Source: Veleropilina oligotropha
Lineage: Eukaryota
Reading direction: 5' to 3'
Assembly: GCA_048128005.1 (NCBI GenBank)
Contig: JBEUKZ010000068.1
Coordinates: 124,001-188,000 of the forward strand
DNA length: 64,000 bases
Shown: piece by piece, positions 1-14,000 of the stretch
Layout: each line of letters begins with the position of its first letter
Numbering within the stretch: the stretch's first letter is position 1
The notes under the pieces: generated by a model
Database searches by the model: none
What the model saw: the letters and a program-made list of their open reading frames with translations, nothing else
Told to the model about the DNA's origin: nothing
Position numbers and translations under genes: made by a program

Positions 1-257
1 GTAATTGTTTATATTAATTTTGTAGATTCATAGAAAACATAACTTGACGCGTTTGGAACGTTTACTGGTCATTATTTCAAAGTGTGCTTGAAAAGTTTCA
101 TGCGAGATTGTTGCACAGTGGTTCTTATATCAAATCGCGGACACTTTTACGATACATTTCGAGAACCAAAATGAACGGGGGTATGTATTCTAAATAATGC
201 TTATTTCTATACATACTACATCCAATGTAATTTATGATTGATAATTTATGGTGTAAA

Positions 258-580
258 GGCCAAGTGGTGGACTGGCCAGGTGGTGGACCGGCCAGGTGGT
301 GTACCGGCCAGGTGGTGTACCGGCCAGGTGGTGTACTGGCCAGGTGGTGTACAGGCCAGGTGGTGTACCGGCCAGGTGGTGTACCGGCCAGGTGGTGTAC
401 GTGCCAGGTGTGTACAGGCCAGGTGGTGTACAGGCCAGGTGGTGTACTGGCCAGGTGGTGTACAGGCCAGGTGGTGTACTGGCCAGGTGTGTACAGGCCA
501 GGTGGTGTACAGGCCATGTGGTGTACTGGCCAGGTGGTGTACAGGCCAGGTGGTGTACTGGCCAGGTGGTGTACAAGCCA
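258..580. repeat. 16-bp GC-rich minisatellite (GGCCAGGTGGTGTACN)n
   Basis: Tandem unit read directly; explains overlapping repetitive ORFs. Confidence 0.95.
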
Positions 581-915
581 GTGGCATCGGCCTCAATTAT
601 CTCGCTGGTCCCTTCTCATTCAAAGAAGTTGATACAAAACCTCGGCTGAGCAATTCGTGCAATTAACAATCGCATTTGTCCATTGCGGGTGTGTTTTCTG
701 GCGATCATCCGCCATAATATGAACATGCCTTCTAATAACAAGATATTGGATGGTGTTACAGCATCATCAATTTATAGTGCACTATGTACACGTTGGGCTG
801 TATGACATTATTGTGTTTGTGTTGAAACAGACCAATTGTGGATCGCGTCTGTATATGTTTGTCTTGAAACAGTGGGATCACTTTGATTCGTTCCGGATAC
901 AAACGTTGTTATGTC

Positions 916-1538
916 TTAAGACCTTTTCACAAATACGCCGAACCGAATCCGAACCGAAACCAAATAAAAATTGAATCTATAGAAATGTACTAGAGCTTTC
1001 ACACATACTCCCGAAACGAACGTTGTTACATCATAAGTCCTTTTCACAAATACGCCGAACCGAATCCGAACCGAAACCAAATAAAAATGGAATTTATAGA
1101 AATGTACTAGAGCTTTCACACATACTCCCGAAACGAAACCGTAAACGAGCCGAATTCGGTGCACAATTTCAATATCTATTTTTTTTCGGATTCCGTGAAC
1201 CAAATTTTAATAAACCATTAGATGCCTGGGTGTGACGCGTACATGGGACCTAAACATTTATCATCAAAATGATCCGCATTCATCCTAATGTATGCAAAGA
1301 CCGATCTCTGTGGTGCTGTTTCAATTATTCCACATACCCTTTATATATATACGAGCATCTCATCATCGCAGCTATCGTATGTATCAACCATATTGCACTA
1401 GCGTTAATGAAGTAAATAGTAATGATGCGGTACGAAATCGGTGTAATGTGTGAAAGCCCCACCGAAACCGAATCGGCAACAATTCGGATTTCGGTTTCGG
1501 TTCGGATTCGGTTCGACGTATGTGTGAAACGATCTTAA
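916..1538. mobile_element. MITE with GAACCGAA-rich TIRs (Harbinger-like), left end duplicated (~120 bp)
   Basis: TAAGACCTTTTCACAAATACGCCGAACCGAATCCGAACCG at ~917 and ~1034; inverted copy at ~1490-1537; TTAA at both ends. Confidence 0.6.
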
Positions 1539-1943
1539 TTGGTCGTTTTAGATGAACATCGATGATCGATTTATTTGAAAACCCTGACTAATTTCATGTC
1601 AAATGTTCTCCGACACTAATAAGTTATGTTGGAATTGTTGGTAAAATTTTAATGTGTGCTTATAATAAACAATAATCTTAATTCATGTTTTGCAAATGCA
1701 CCATACAAAATATCATCTAAATTTGGTCGCATTTATTCATCAATAACACGAATTGCTTTTTATATGATCATTTGGTTCAATAGGGTTGCTCACAATTGCA
1801 GTAAAATGATATAAATAGATTGTCCGCAGGTAGAAAGCGGACAAACAATGGTCAAATGCAATGAAGTCTGCCTGTATTTGTCCGCATGTGTGACGTCAAT
1901 TGCGACCAACCCTATTCAACTCGATGTTTCTTTTCGCTTGCAG

Positions 1944-2080
1944 CTAAATCTTCAAGCAGTAATTCACATACCATTGATTTTTTGGAATCTGTTCACAAAA
2001 TGGTAATGGACGAATGCGTGAGCAATGGCGCGGACAGAGATTGTAAAGTTACGGACTACAAATCTCCGGAAGAACTCGAA
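1944..2080 (+). CDS. Decarboxylase exon (..[34 protein letters not shown])
   Basis: ttgcag| acceptor and |gtaagc donor; KV..xxPEEL motif typical of GAD/CSAD N-terminal domain. Confidence 0.8.
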
Positions 2081-5000
2081 GTAAGCTAACTAGTTTGTCG
2101 TTCGACAGACAGTTCCAACTAGATAAACGACGTTAGAAGAAGAACTATTACCGCTCAAAAGACAATATGTAAATCATGCATGCTGTTGTTGCGAATTTCT
2201 ACCGTTTTGTTCACATAATTGATGGAAACGATCCTCTATATATTCATGTATCTCCTCAAGCCCGTATACAGAAAATTGTAAGGGGGGTTCGACATGGAAG
2301 ATGGAAAAGCCTATAATGTATGCAACCATCATAAAATAATAATTAATTACAAAAACAATTCATCAGAATGGTGTGGATGGTAGTCACTAATTCACACAAT
2401 TTCCGAGATAAATCCTGCGGGGATTCTTAAGCACAAACGATCGTAATACGATCAACCCATTCATGCTATCCCATTCACTGAATGAATTACCGGTATTACA
2501 ACACTAGTTAGTTAGTATACTGGGAATACACTACACCATGCACAGTATGACTAAAAATAATAATTATAGGCTACAGATAGTGTACTCACGTTTGTTAACG
2601 TTGTTTTCCGCAATTGAACAGCATTTTGGTAACTTGGTGAAAAGTTTAACAAGGGGCGCAACTGTGTCGCGGTATTTTAATGTGTAGTACGAGCGACGAA
2701 CTTCGCCAGAACGATTTTGACTAATGTTTTGTTTGTGATGTGGGGCGACTATGCGACTTTGGGGCCATAATTATGTATATCACATGACAGACGTATTATA
2801 GCAAGGCTCGGTACATAAATTGTGCTCGACTCGTTTCATATTTCTCATATGAAATGGACACTCGTTCGATATCCTCTATATATTATGTGGATGACATAAG
2901 GCACCAATGTGGAAAAGGGGGGTTCGTACGAACGGACGAACCCCCTCTAAATACGGGCCTGCTCCTAAATCATTCTGTACAAATTTTGTGGGCAAATGAA
3001 CGCAATAGTGTCGTAAATTATTAACGAAAATATCGGTGCCATAAATTGTTGCTTCTATGTTCCTATGTATAACGGTCATAATTATCATCCTCGGACAATT
3101 GCTTTGACTAAAGTTCGTTGTGATAATTACGTGATCATCGTTCCGGAAATCAGCTGCGCAGCGGAGGGCTTGAACCGAAAAGGGTACCACGCATTTCATA
3201 TTTTACTTTCATCATCGTGTTACTTGTCACCGATAATTACCAAAAAATGTATCTGGCCTCAGTCCACAGTTATCTATCCTGAAATTGTCCTCTATACGGA
3301 TGTGACGAAAGCAAAATAGTGCCCTGTGGAATGGTGTTACTTTATGTATTCCTGTAGATTTGCTGTTGTGATTTTTCACTGCATCTCGTTGAGAAGATGT
3401 TAAAATTTCATCAAGTATGCAATTAATCAATATCTGAGTCCTCATTTTTAAACAAGCATATCCTGACTATCCTTCGCGGTGAGTGTGTGATTTGTCCATG
3501 TCTGCTAAAGGGTAAACATAAATGAATGTAGCGAAAAATGTAGCTGGTCTTGACATAGCGATTTTTTTTATTAAATGTTGCCTACATGTATGTGAATATT
3601 TCTTGAGAGAATACAATGTCTATCAAACTGTGTGTACACGCTAGAGCGTCTAAGGCTATATGATCGAGCATAGTAAATTTAATTGTTCCCTTTGTTCTGT
3701 ACGTATCCATTGAAATTCAAGTTTTTAATGGTGATTCGGCATAATACAGAATACATAATACATAATGCATAATGCATAATGCATAATGCATAATGTATAA
3801 TGCATAATGCATAGTGCATAATGCATAATGCATAATGCATAATGCATAATGCATAATGCTTAATGCTTAATGCTTAATGCTTAATGCGCAATACGCAATA
3901 CTTCATGTTTTTACTTCATGTCTTGGTGATTCGGCATAATACTTCATGTTTTTAATGGTGTTTCGGCATAATACTTCATGTTTTTACTTCATGTTTTGGT
4001 GATTCGGCATAATATTCTTGTTTTTAATGGTGTTTCGGCATAATGCTTCATGTTTTTAATGGTGTTTCGGCATAATGCTTCATGTTTTTAATGGTGTTTC
4101 GGCATAATACTTCATGTTTTGATGATTCGGCATAATACTTCAAGTTTTGATTGGTGTTTCGGCATAATACTTCATGTTTTGGTGATTCGGCATAATACTT
4201 CATGTGTTTTGCTGTTACTATTACTATTATGATCACCTTTATAAAATGTTCTTTTGTCAGAAAATTTTGCAATTGGACATTGGACTCGAACCACTCGGCA
4301 ATGCAGAGTTATTGGAGACGGGAAAACGAGTTATAAAGTACAGTGTAAAGACAGGTGAAGCACTGCATAATGTCATCTTTTGTCCTGATAGTATTTAAAT
4401 CTTGCATTGGTCTTCATCAGCTACTAATACGAATGAGAAAAAAAAAATATTAAGCATTGAACATATGTTGCGACAAAAAACAGTGTACTAAATTTTAAAA
4501 TAAGAATAAATGAGTGAAGAGAATGAAATGAGCTTATAAATTGGTTCGACGTCGAGTCTTATTTAAAAAGTGCTCGTCCTATGGACTCACCTTCATTTGT
4601 AATACGCCGCGGCAATATGCAATCTAACCCATACCTAATACCTTGTAATACGCCGCGGCAATATGCGATCTAACCCATACCTAATACCCAGTGACTTAAT
4701 ATTGTCTTCAACATTGTTGTTTAGGCCGCTTCAACAGCTGTGTGGTATTGGTTGTGGACTCCGAAAAATCACTGGCTTCATTCGGTTGACACGAACAGTA
4801 GTGGGTTCAAACCTCGGCTGGGCAGCACACGTTTGTTCAAGTTATGAATCACAGTTGTCCGTAACTGGTCGGAGAGGGCGGGTTTCCCCGGGCGACCCGG
4901 TTTTCCTCCTGCGATAATACGGACATGTCCCGCTTTGAACCAGATCGATCCTTTTCTTTTCAACATTATTGATGTACTTTGTTGCATCGCAGCAATCAAA

Positions 5001-8000
5001 ACAACTCTGGGTCATATTATCTAGTCTAGCAAATAAACTGGTTGGCCTTACAAACTGGCTGATTTATAAACTGGTTGCATTTACAAATGTCTTCGATTGT
5101 GATGGATGGTCAAAATATGAAGAACTTTCGAATAAACTGTACCATGATCTCATTTTCAACTGCAAAGATGGGACTTTGAATCCATGATTTATCTAGATAG
5201 ATATTTCAATGTTATTATCGACTTGGAGTGTATATACAATTTGGAACATTATGAGCATACGTTTGAAATCTTGTAGTTATGTTCCCTGTTACATCCTCTA
5301 TTCAGGTCATCCTAGATTCTTCAACCAATTATACGGAGGCAGCAATCTCTATGGCCTTGGCGGAACATGGATAACGGAAGCACTCAACACCAGCTGGTAA
5401 CCGATATCGTTTGCTTAGTTCTGGTGCATTTGAAAATATTAATTTTTATTCAAACTTTAATTTGTCAGAATTTATTATTAAGATTCCTACTTCTTTTTGA
5501 ACTAACAATTCATTGACAGACATACGTTTTCGATTGTTAATGCTGAAATAAATGTGATTCTTCAAATAAAAGAAAATTGAATGTCAATTCGTATGGAATT
5601 TAATCGAGGTTTATATTCTTAGTGCTATTCTATATTCTTCAATCGTAATTCTTCGGTCCACATTCTTCATTCCAAATTCTTCTGTTTATGTTCTTCATTC
5701 TATATTCTTTATTCTTAATTCTTCGTTCCAAATTCCTCATTCCAAATTCTTCTTTTCAAGTTCTTCATTCTATATTTTTCATTCTATATTCTTCACTCGC
5801 AATTCATTGTTCCTCATTCTTCATTTCAAATTCATAGTTAGTCCAGTAGATAACATTCAAATGGTAGATAGACATGTATAGATGAAAAATCAGACGGGTA
5901 CCACGCTGGCATTGTTGAGAAAATTTATTTATTGACGTCATTACCCCCCCTCCCACTAGTATATTTTCTGATTAGGTCAAACCATTATAACCCTAACCCT
6001 AACCACATATGTATCATGTGTGGTGTCATATGATAGATAATTAAATGCATATCGTGTAAATAATGTTAGTACATAATTATTTTTTGTAGAATATTTATTT
6101 TAATTTCAATGACGTAATTAGCCACGCCCCTTTCCTACATAAATAGGTCAAAGTACAATGTATAACAAAACATATCGAGTTTGGTATCAAATGAAAGATA
6201 ATCACCAGCACGTCAATAATTATTGTTGTTAAACAGTTATTTTTTCAATTATTTATATTATTTAACTCCTTTTTCTCATATCATACTGTTATGCACATAT
6301 AATGTATTTACCTATTGCAAGTAAACTTGCCAGTATAGGACAAGAAGAATCTGATGCGTTAACTATGTGATGTTTGCATCAAATGAATCAATGAATGACA
6401 ATAACACTTTTAAGGCTAAATATGAAATTTAATAATTATTTGATCATTTGATCGCTTCAGTAGTTGAGTGGATAAGAGCGTGTATTCGAATCATCGGCTA
6501 GGCACTTTGTTCTCAAAACTGTCACAGGTGTCCAAAACTGGTCGGTGAGCATGGAATGTCATCGGGCAAACGGGATATTATGCATCTACCAAAATGAGCC
6601 ACGTTCTCCTTGAGACAGTTCGAGAATCATGAACAGGGCGCCTTTGGGCTGGTTGTTTACTTACACCAGTCACCTCAGCCCCTGAGCTAATATGGAAGTG
6701 ATTGCCTCTTACATGTATATGCCTTGAAAAGAATGATGCCATATTTGTTTGCATCGTGTAACTGTTATTACGTCATATAACATTGAATGTTACTAGAAGG
6801 ATTACAACAAAAATTATTGAGCGGAGAACATGCTTGTCGTCGTCAAAGAGGAATGTGAAACTCATCCTTCACAAGTTTGGATGAAAACCTACATCAGAAA
6901 TGACAAGTCTAACAGTAAATCATAATCATTTGAGCAGATGGCAAAGTGAGTATTATCACAACATCTGTGCAATACCCAGTTGCTGTCAATAGACACTGTG
7001 TTCAAAGAGGATGGTGTTGAAGAATACAACTCAGAGATGAGAAGTCACAAATAAGAACGTGGAAAACGCAGGAAATTTGATGCTGCAGACAGAATAAAAT
7101 GTTGATTTACAGAAGCACACTAATTCTCTAAACATGCATCCAGAAAAATCCACTCGCACTACCACTGTAAGATTATGTTAATCAAATGTAGACAATTTTC
7201 TGGTTATAGAAGGAATGTCAGCAAAACATAATTAAACTGTATGATGGATTTCATGCCCCACTGTGAAAGAAGTAGTGACAATGATAACAATAATTAAAAA
7301 TGGAATAGTGACTGAAAATAGTATAATATGGTATGGAGAAACTCATTGCCCGCCTACCTATCCTCTCACTGAATAGAGACATCCTACTGTCTGAGCTTTT
7401 AGAACACGGACAGTCACCTCAACCATCATCACTATTAGATAAGTATGAGCATGTGAGCAATGGATAAATCCCCACACACCCCACCCCACCCCGATGTAAC
7501 TTCTATTAGTATCATCTTGCAAAACTACTACATGAAAATTTCAACCGATGATACAATAACACATCTTTGTTTTTATGGTTCATTTCTTCTTGCAAAACAA
7601 ATGCGCAGCACAGATTCCTATTACGAAGTATAAAAGGCAGATAATTTATAACAATGCCAACACACTGAAAGGACAAATCTCCTGACCCTTCATGCGCTGT
7701 TATAATGGGTGAGATTCAATATCTTATCAGTTCGACAGAGGAAAGATAGCTACAGTCAAAATGCTTCTTAAGCTAGAGATCGACTGGAAGATTTCACTGA
7801 TCGGAATGCGCATGAAGTAGACTGGTATTTATATGAATTACAGTAATGTGCTTTCTAAACCCAAACAAATTATATTTAAAAAAGAACACAATTTCAGCAA
7901 TACGAAGCATCCTCCGAAGATACAAAAATGAAGTAGCGGAAACCTTGTTCCCGAAACGGATGCAGCTTTCGGACAAAAGAACTATCATGTGCTTTTGAAG

Positions 8001-11000
8001 GTAGCGCAAATGATACATGTAAACATGATGATGACTAAACATTGTTGCATATATACACCTTAACATTACATACCGATATTCTCAGAACATAGTATGTTAT
8101 TATGGTATTTATTACGAAAAATACTCTCTGAGATATATTTAATATAAATTATTATAATTAATATGAGATGACGTACCCAGCTGTTTATTAGAAGGGCATT
8201 GTTATTGATAGGCGAATATCCATGGATTCTCTTTTAATTCTCTCTACTTGTGTCTACTGATATGAGAAACAAGACCAAAAGCTAGGAATGGCTCACGCAT
8301 TAATCACTTATATTTCAAGATTACTGTGTCCGCATTCAGCGATAGATGCAATTGCAATAGTTATATAAAGGATATAATGACGGCAAAGAATGCCCATGGA
8401 AATATTTTAAGAGTCCAAAATTAGCTTTGTAAAGTAAAATTGCTTTCAATATTACGAAGGCAGGGTCAGATAATAATGAAATAGTCATGTATAACATGCT
8501 AAGGAAAGGAAAGAATCGATTCTTAATGTACATTTTCAACCATTAAGTACAAAGCAGGACATGTCCATATTATTGCGGGACGAAAGCCCGCCGTCTCCTA
8601 CCAGCTACGGACTACTGTGATTCATAACTTGAACAATAATGCCATGTCCCAACAGCGGTTCGAACCCACTACTGTTCGTGTCATTGGAATCAAGCCAGTG
8701 ATATTTCGAAATCTGAAACCGAAACCACACGCCTGTCTGAGCGGCCAATATAACATACAGTAATGCTAACACATGCACATCGTTGCATATATACATAGCA
8801 TGCTCGAGAAAGTTTAACAAAAATATTAATGATAAATCCAAAAGCAGAATTTTATGTTAAAACTTGAATGAAACCATTGTTGTGATGTCAATCTATTATA
8901 TTGGCCAGTGGTATAACTAACCATATTGTCAGTTAGACCAGGGGGATTACTTTCTTACACTAAAAATGTGTTTATTAGTTTATTAAATTCATATATTTTT
9001 CAATTATTATACATTTTTCCAATGGTTTAAGTGGGTTATATCTCTCGGTTTTTGCTGTTAATCGGAGAAGCCCGTCTAATTAAACACCTCGTGGCTTATT
9101 TGTAGGCTTCTCCGATTAGACAATCAAACCTCGTGATGTAACCTATACTTAAAGTACCTTCAATATTACTAAAATGGTATAATGTAACAATGAAATAGTG
9201 ATATATAACATCATTGCTAAAACATGTACTGATGTTTTGTCGCTTATATAGCGTGATTGAGAAACTTTCCCCAAAATTGTTGATGGCAGGACAAAAATAG
9301 TTATGATTAGATAATATAAATAATTGAATAAGAAATTGCTTGACATCAACGATTATGGACGTGTTGAAGATTACCTTTCATTTGATACCAAACTTGATAT
9401 GTTTTGTTAAACATATTATTTTGACCTATAATTATAAATGAAAAGAGGTGTGCTAAATTACGAAATATTGTACATGGTGAAATAATATTTTGAAGATATG
9501 CATTAAATTATGTATCATATAACACCACATATGATGCGTATTCAGTCATTTACTGGTTTAATATAATAACAAAATGCCAAATTAGATTTGTTTTGATATA
9601 TAGCCTATACATACTATTTGACCTATTTATGTATGTGCGTGGCTAATTACGTCATTTAATTTAATAAATATTCTATAATAAAATAATTATGTACTAACAT
9701 TATTTTGAAAATGTGCATTTAATTACCTATCATATGACACCACACATGATACATATGTGGCTATTTAAAGGTTTGACCTAATCACAAAATTAAAGAGTTG
9801 GGGGGATAATGACGTCAATAAAATTTCTCAACAGTGCCAGAGTGGCACCCATCTGATTTTTCATCTATGCATGTCTATCTACCATTTGAAACAATAAAAT
9901 TGCACTAGTACCCTACTTTACGCTTATCTTGAAGTTCTACCTGACTAAGTAGACTAACATTATAATTTTACCAGAAAAGTCGTGTTGAAGTTGATGCAGT
10001 CGATGCAGTCGTTTTAAGTTTAATCCAAATCTCGGTTATGCGGGACCAAAGTGTCGACACATGTTAGTTTGTCCCGTAGGGCAATACTGCGATAATTGCT
10101 GGTTTAGCAGGCGCGAGGGTGTTATGATTGGCACACGGACGAAAATTTTGTGAATTTGCCTCTACTGCATTCACCACTCTGTGGGGTAACATTGGCAATA
10201 TGAAATGTACTTATTACTTTTTTGGTTTTGCCACAAAATGGAGATTAGTTCGCACCCCCTACTTCCTTGGCTACTGTCATAATGTTGATGAATTTTAAAA
10301 TCTCCTGAAGGGGCCACACGTGGAAGAAAATTTTGATAATTAAGGGTGTGAATTAGCCTCTACTTCATTATGAGAGTACAAATGCGATATCGTTATTTGC
10401 TATTTATAGCCACTATAGTAAATGATGTACTCATTGTTGTAGTAAGGAAGATTAATGTGGGGTCGATATATAAATGTATATATATATATTTATATTTATA
10501 TAATATATATCGTGGACACGATATAACCACGAATGATGGACGCTGCATTACAAACCAGTTCGGAAAACGTTTCCTGCAGGGTTGTTTAATAACAATTATG
10601 TGGGTACATAATATAATAACTATACATAATATTATGTATTACGTGCTTAAACACTTGACTGCCCCTCAATATTTTATATGTACACACGTAGATGTCTCGG
10701 CTGGTGTGTGGTCATTTGAAAATTTCTGGAAGGGGGCACCGCGTGGAAGAAAATTGTGATATTTACCGGTGTGAAACTGCCTCTCGTGCATTCTGAGAGT
10801 GCAAATACGACATTTATTACCAAAATATATTAACAAATTTCACCACTTTGTGCGGGTAAAAAGTAACAATATGAAATGTACTTATAATTTTGGATTTGTC
10901 AAGAAATGGGAAGTCATTCGCACCCTCTATCTTCCTGGATGGCTTTAATAATATTGATGAATATTGAAATATCGGGCACCACGCGGAAGAAAATTTTGAT

Positions 11001-14000
11001 GATTACTGGACAGTGCTAACCAGTCAGGCATCTGTTGACACAGCCACATGATTAAATGAAACGACGATTTCACATTGGTTAACTTAGCCATGTATAATCA
11101 AACGATAGACATGTATTTCGTTATATGTAAGGGAAACATGACTATATTGTGTATATAGTAATATAATTCAGATTTAGTATTTTTGCGTATTTATAAAGTA
11201 CTGAAAATCATTGTATCTACATATTATTTTATTATGCTTGGTCTGTATCCGCGCCTGATATCCGCTCGATTATTATCATTATTTACCCTGGGGGCAGCAT
11301 GGCCAAGTTGATACGGTGCTGGTCTATTAAAGGGAGGTCACGGATTCATGCCCTGGGAGAACCGAGGATTCATGGCCTAGTTGTTACGGTGCTGGTCTAT
11401 TAAAGGGAGGACACGGATTCATGCCCTGGGAGAACCGATGATTCATGGCCTAGTTGATACGATGCTGGTCTATTAAAGGGAGGTCACGGATTCATTCCCT
11501 GGGAGTACTGAGGATTTTTCCAATGATCGCAGCCTCAATTGCTCACAGCATCACTGCATTTCATCATTCAAAGTTGATTGGCCCAATTTATAACTGAAAT
11601 ACTGTTGGCGTGGTCGTTAAACATCCATTCATCATCATCAATATTTACATAATATTTGCCTATGAAAAACGCTGAGTATCTGCCTCTGCTAGAATATGTC
11701 GCATACAGCAAATAAACAAGTGGTAAAGCACTATAAGATATCAATAGTAACTATAAATTAAACTATTAATTTTCGTCTCAATTTAGATATTGTTGATTAA
11801 TAGTTTGTTTCTCCTACATGCATTCAAAGTTGAAAAATAAATTTGCCAGTCAGTGCTTATTCACATTTGTTCTATCGTCTGCCATTTTTGGTCTCGCAAC
11901 TAGTCACCTCGGATGATTGTGCAAAACGTTTTGAATGCAAGGCTGGCGTTAAAATGAAGAATTCAAGATGAACAATGTGAAAAGAAGAATTACGAATGAA
12001 GAATATAGATTAAATAATGAAGAATGTGGAACGATGAATTGCAAATGTACAATATAGAATGAGGAATTTGAAATGAAAAATTTGGAATGAACAATGTGGA
12101 ACGAAGAATTACGAATGAAGAATATAGAATGAAGAATATAGAATGAAGAATATAGAATGAAGAATATAGAATGAAGAATATAGAATGAAGAATATAGAAT
12201 GAAGAATATAGAATGAAGAATATAGAATGAAGAATATAGAATGAAGAATATAGAATGAAGAATATAGAATGAAGAATATAGAATAAAGAACATAGAATGA
12301 AGTATATAGAATAAAGAACATAGAATGAAGAACATAGAATAAAGTATATAGAATGAAGAATATAGAATGAAGAATATAGAATGAAGAATATAGAATGAGG
12401 AGAATATAGAATGAGGAGAATATAGAATGAAGAATATAGAATGAAGAATATAGAATGAGGAGAATATAGAATGAAGAATAAAAAATGAATAATATAGAAT
12501 GAAGAATGTAGAATGAAGAATGTAGAATGAAGAGAATATAGAATGAAGTATATAGAATAAAGAACATAGAATGAAGTATATAGAATAAAGAATATAGAAT
12601 GAAGAACATAGAATAAAGTATATAGAATGAAGAATATAGAATGAAGAATATAGAATGAAGAATATAGAATGAGGAGAATATAGAATGAGGAGAATATAGA
12701 ATGAAGAATATAGAATGAAGAATATAGAATGAAGAATATAGAATGAAGAATATAGAATGAAGAATATAGAATGAGGAGAATATAGAATGAAGAATAAAAA
12801 ATGAATAATATAGAATGAAGGATATATAATGAAGAATTATAAATGAAGAATTTGGAATAAAGAAATTAGAACGAAGAATTTGGAAGGAATAAATTGTAAT
12901 GAAGAATTTGGAATGAAGAATTGGAACGATCGAGTCAATCAACTTTAAATGATGAATTTGTAATGAAGAATTTTAAATGAAGAATTTAGAACGAAGAAAA
13001 CGGAGCGAAGAATTACGAATTAAGAATATAGAATGAAGAATATAGAATGAAGAATATAGAATGAAGAATTTGAAATGAAGCATTTGGAATGAAGAAACAA
13101 TAATTTAACACTAAGGATATTGACCCCGATTACATTCCATAAATTCGGTTATGCTGCCATCAAGATATTAAAAAGTAAAATTTATTTTAATCATCATCAA
13201 TTCTAATATTAAAATGCATATATTGATTCAAAATATCGTCTTTATTTATATTACTATTTAAGCCACGCCTTTGAAGTGGCGCCAGTCTTTATCCTGATAG
13301 AAAAGTATATGATTCAGAAAATATGCGGAATAGTCGGTTTTCAAGACGGTGATGGCATGTTTGTACCAGGTAGGTGTTCCATGTAAAGGTAGTGTAACAA
13401 GTAGATGTAAATGTCATTATGAAATTGACTATTTATCAGATATGGTTTACTAAATGTCATTTTCGTACCTAACAGTTTATAATAATTGTATTGTTGCAGC
13501 CGTAAATGTAATAAAAACAATAATTATATATAACAATTAATGAATTTACGGTTGAACTGCCATCGTAATTAGTATATTTATATCGTAACAATGCCACGGG
13601 ACAATACGGATAGGACAAAGGCCTGGTATGGCACTTGAAAATAATGAACAGGACATTGAACACCGATTCAATCCAAAGCAAATCCTGCAAATTGTTTTTT
13701 ATGATAAGAAATAATACAAGTACATAGTGGCCCGCATTTTTCTGATTCAGGCGGCACCTTCTCTAACATAATGGCTGCGCATTTGGCAAGATATAACCAG
13801 AATAATGCAGTGAAGAAAACAGGAATGTTTGGTCAGAAGCGTCTTATACTATTCGCGTCCGATCAAGTAAGGGACCAAACAAAATTCAGTAACATTTGCA
13901 TACAATTTTAATAATATATACAAGAACAGGATTAGTTCCACAATATTTGCAATGTTTGAACAATGCAATGTCAACACCCACTTCGACAACTGTTTTTCGA

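Noticed and set aside
125..666. Six overlapping ORFs with periodic peptides
   Set aside because: By-products of a stop-free 16-bp minisatellite
11949..12942. Ser/Phe/Ile/Leu-rich 277-aa and 128-aa ORFs
   Set aside because: Translation of the 14-bp microsatellite inside an intron
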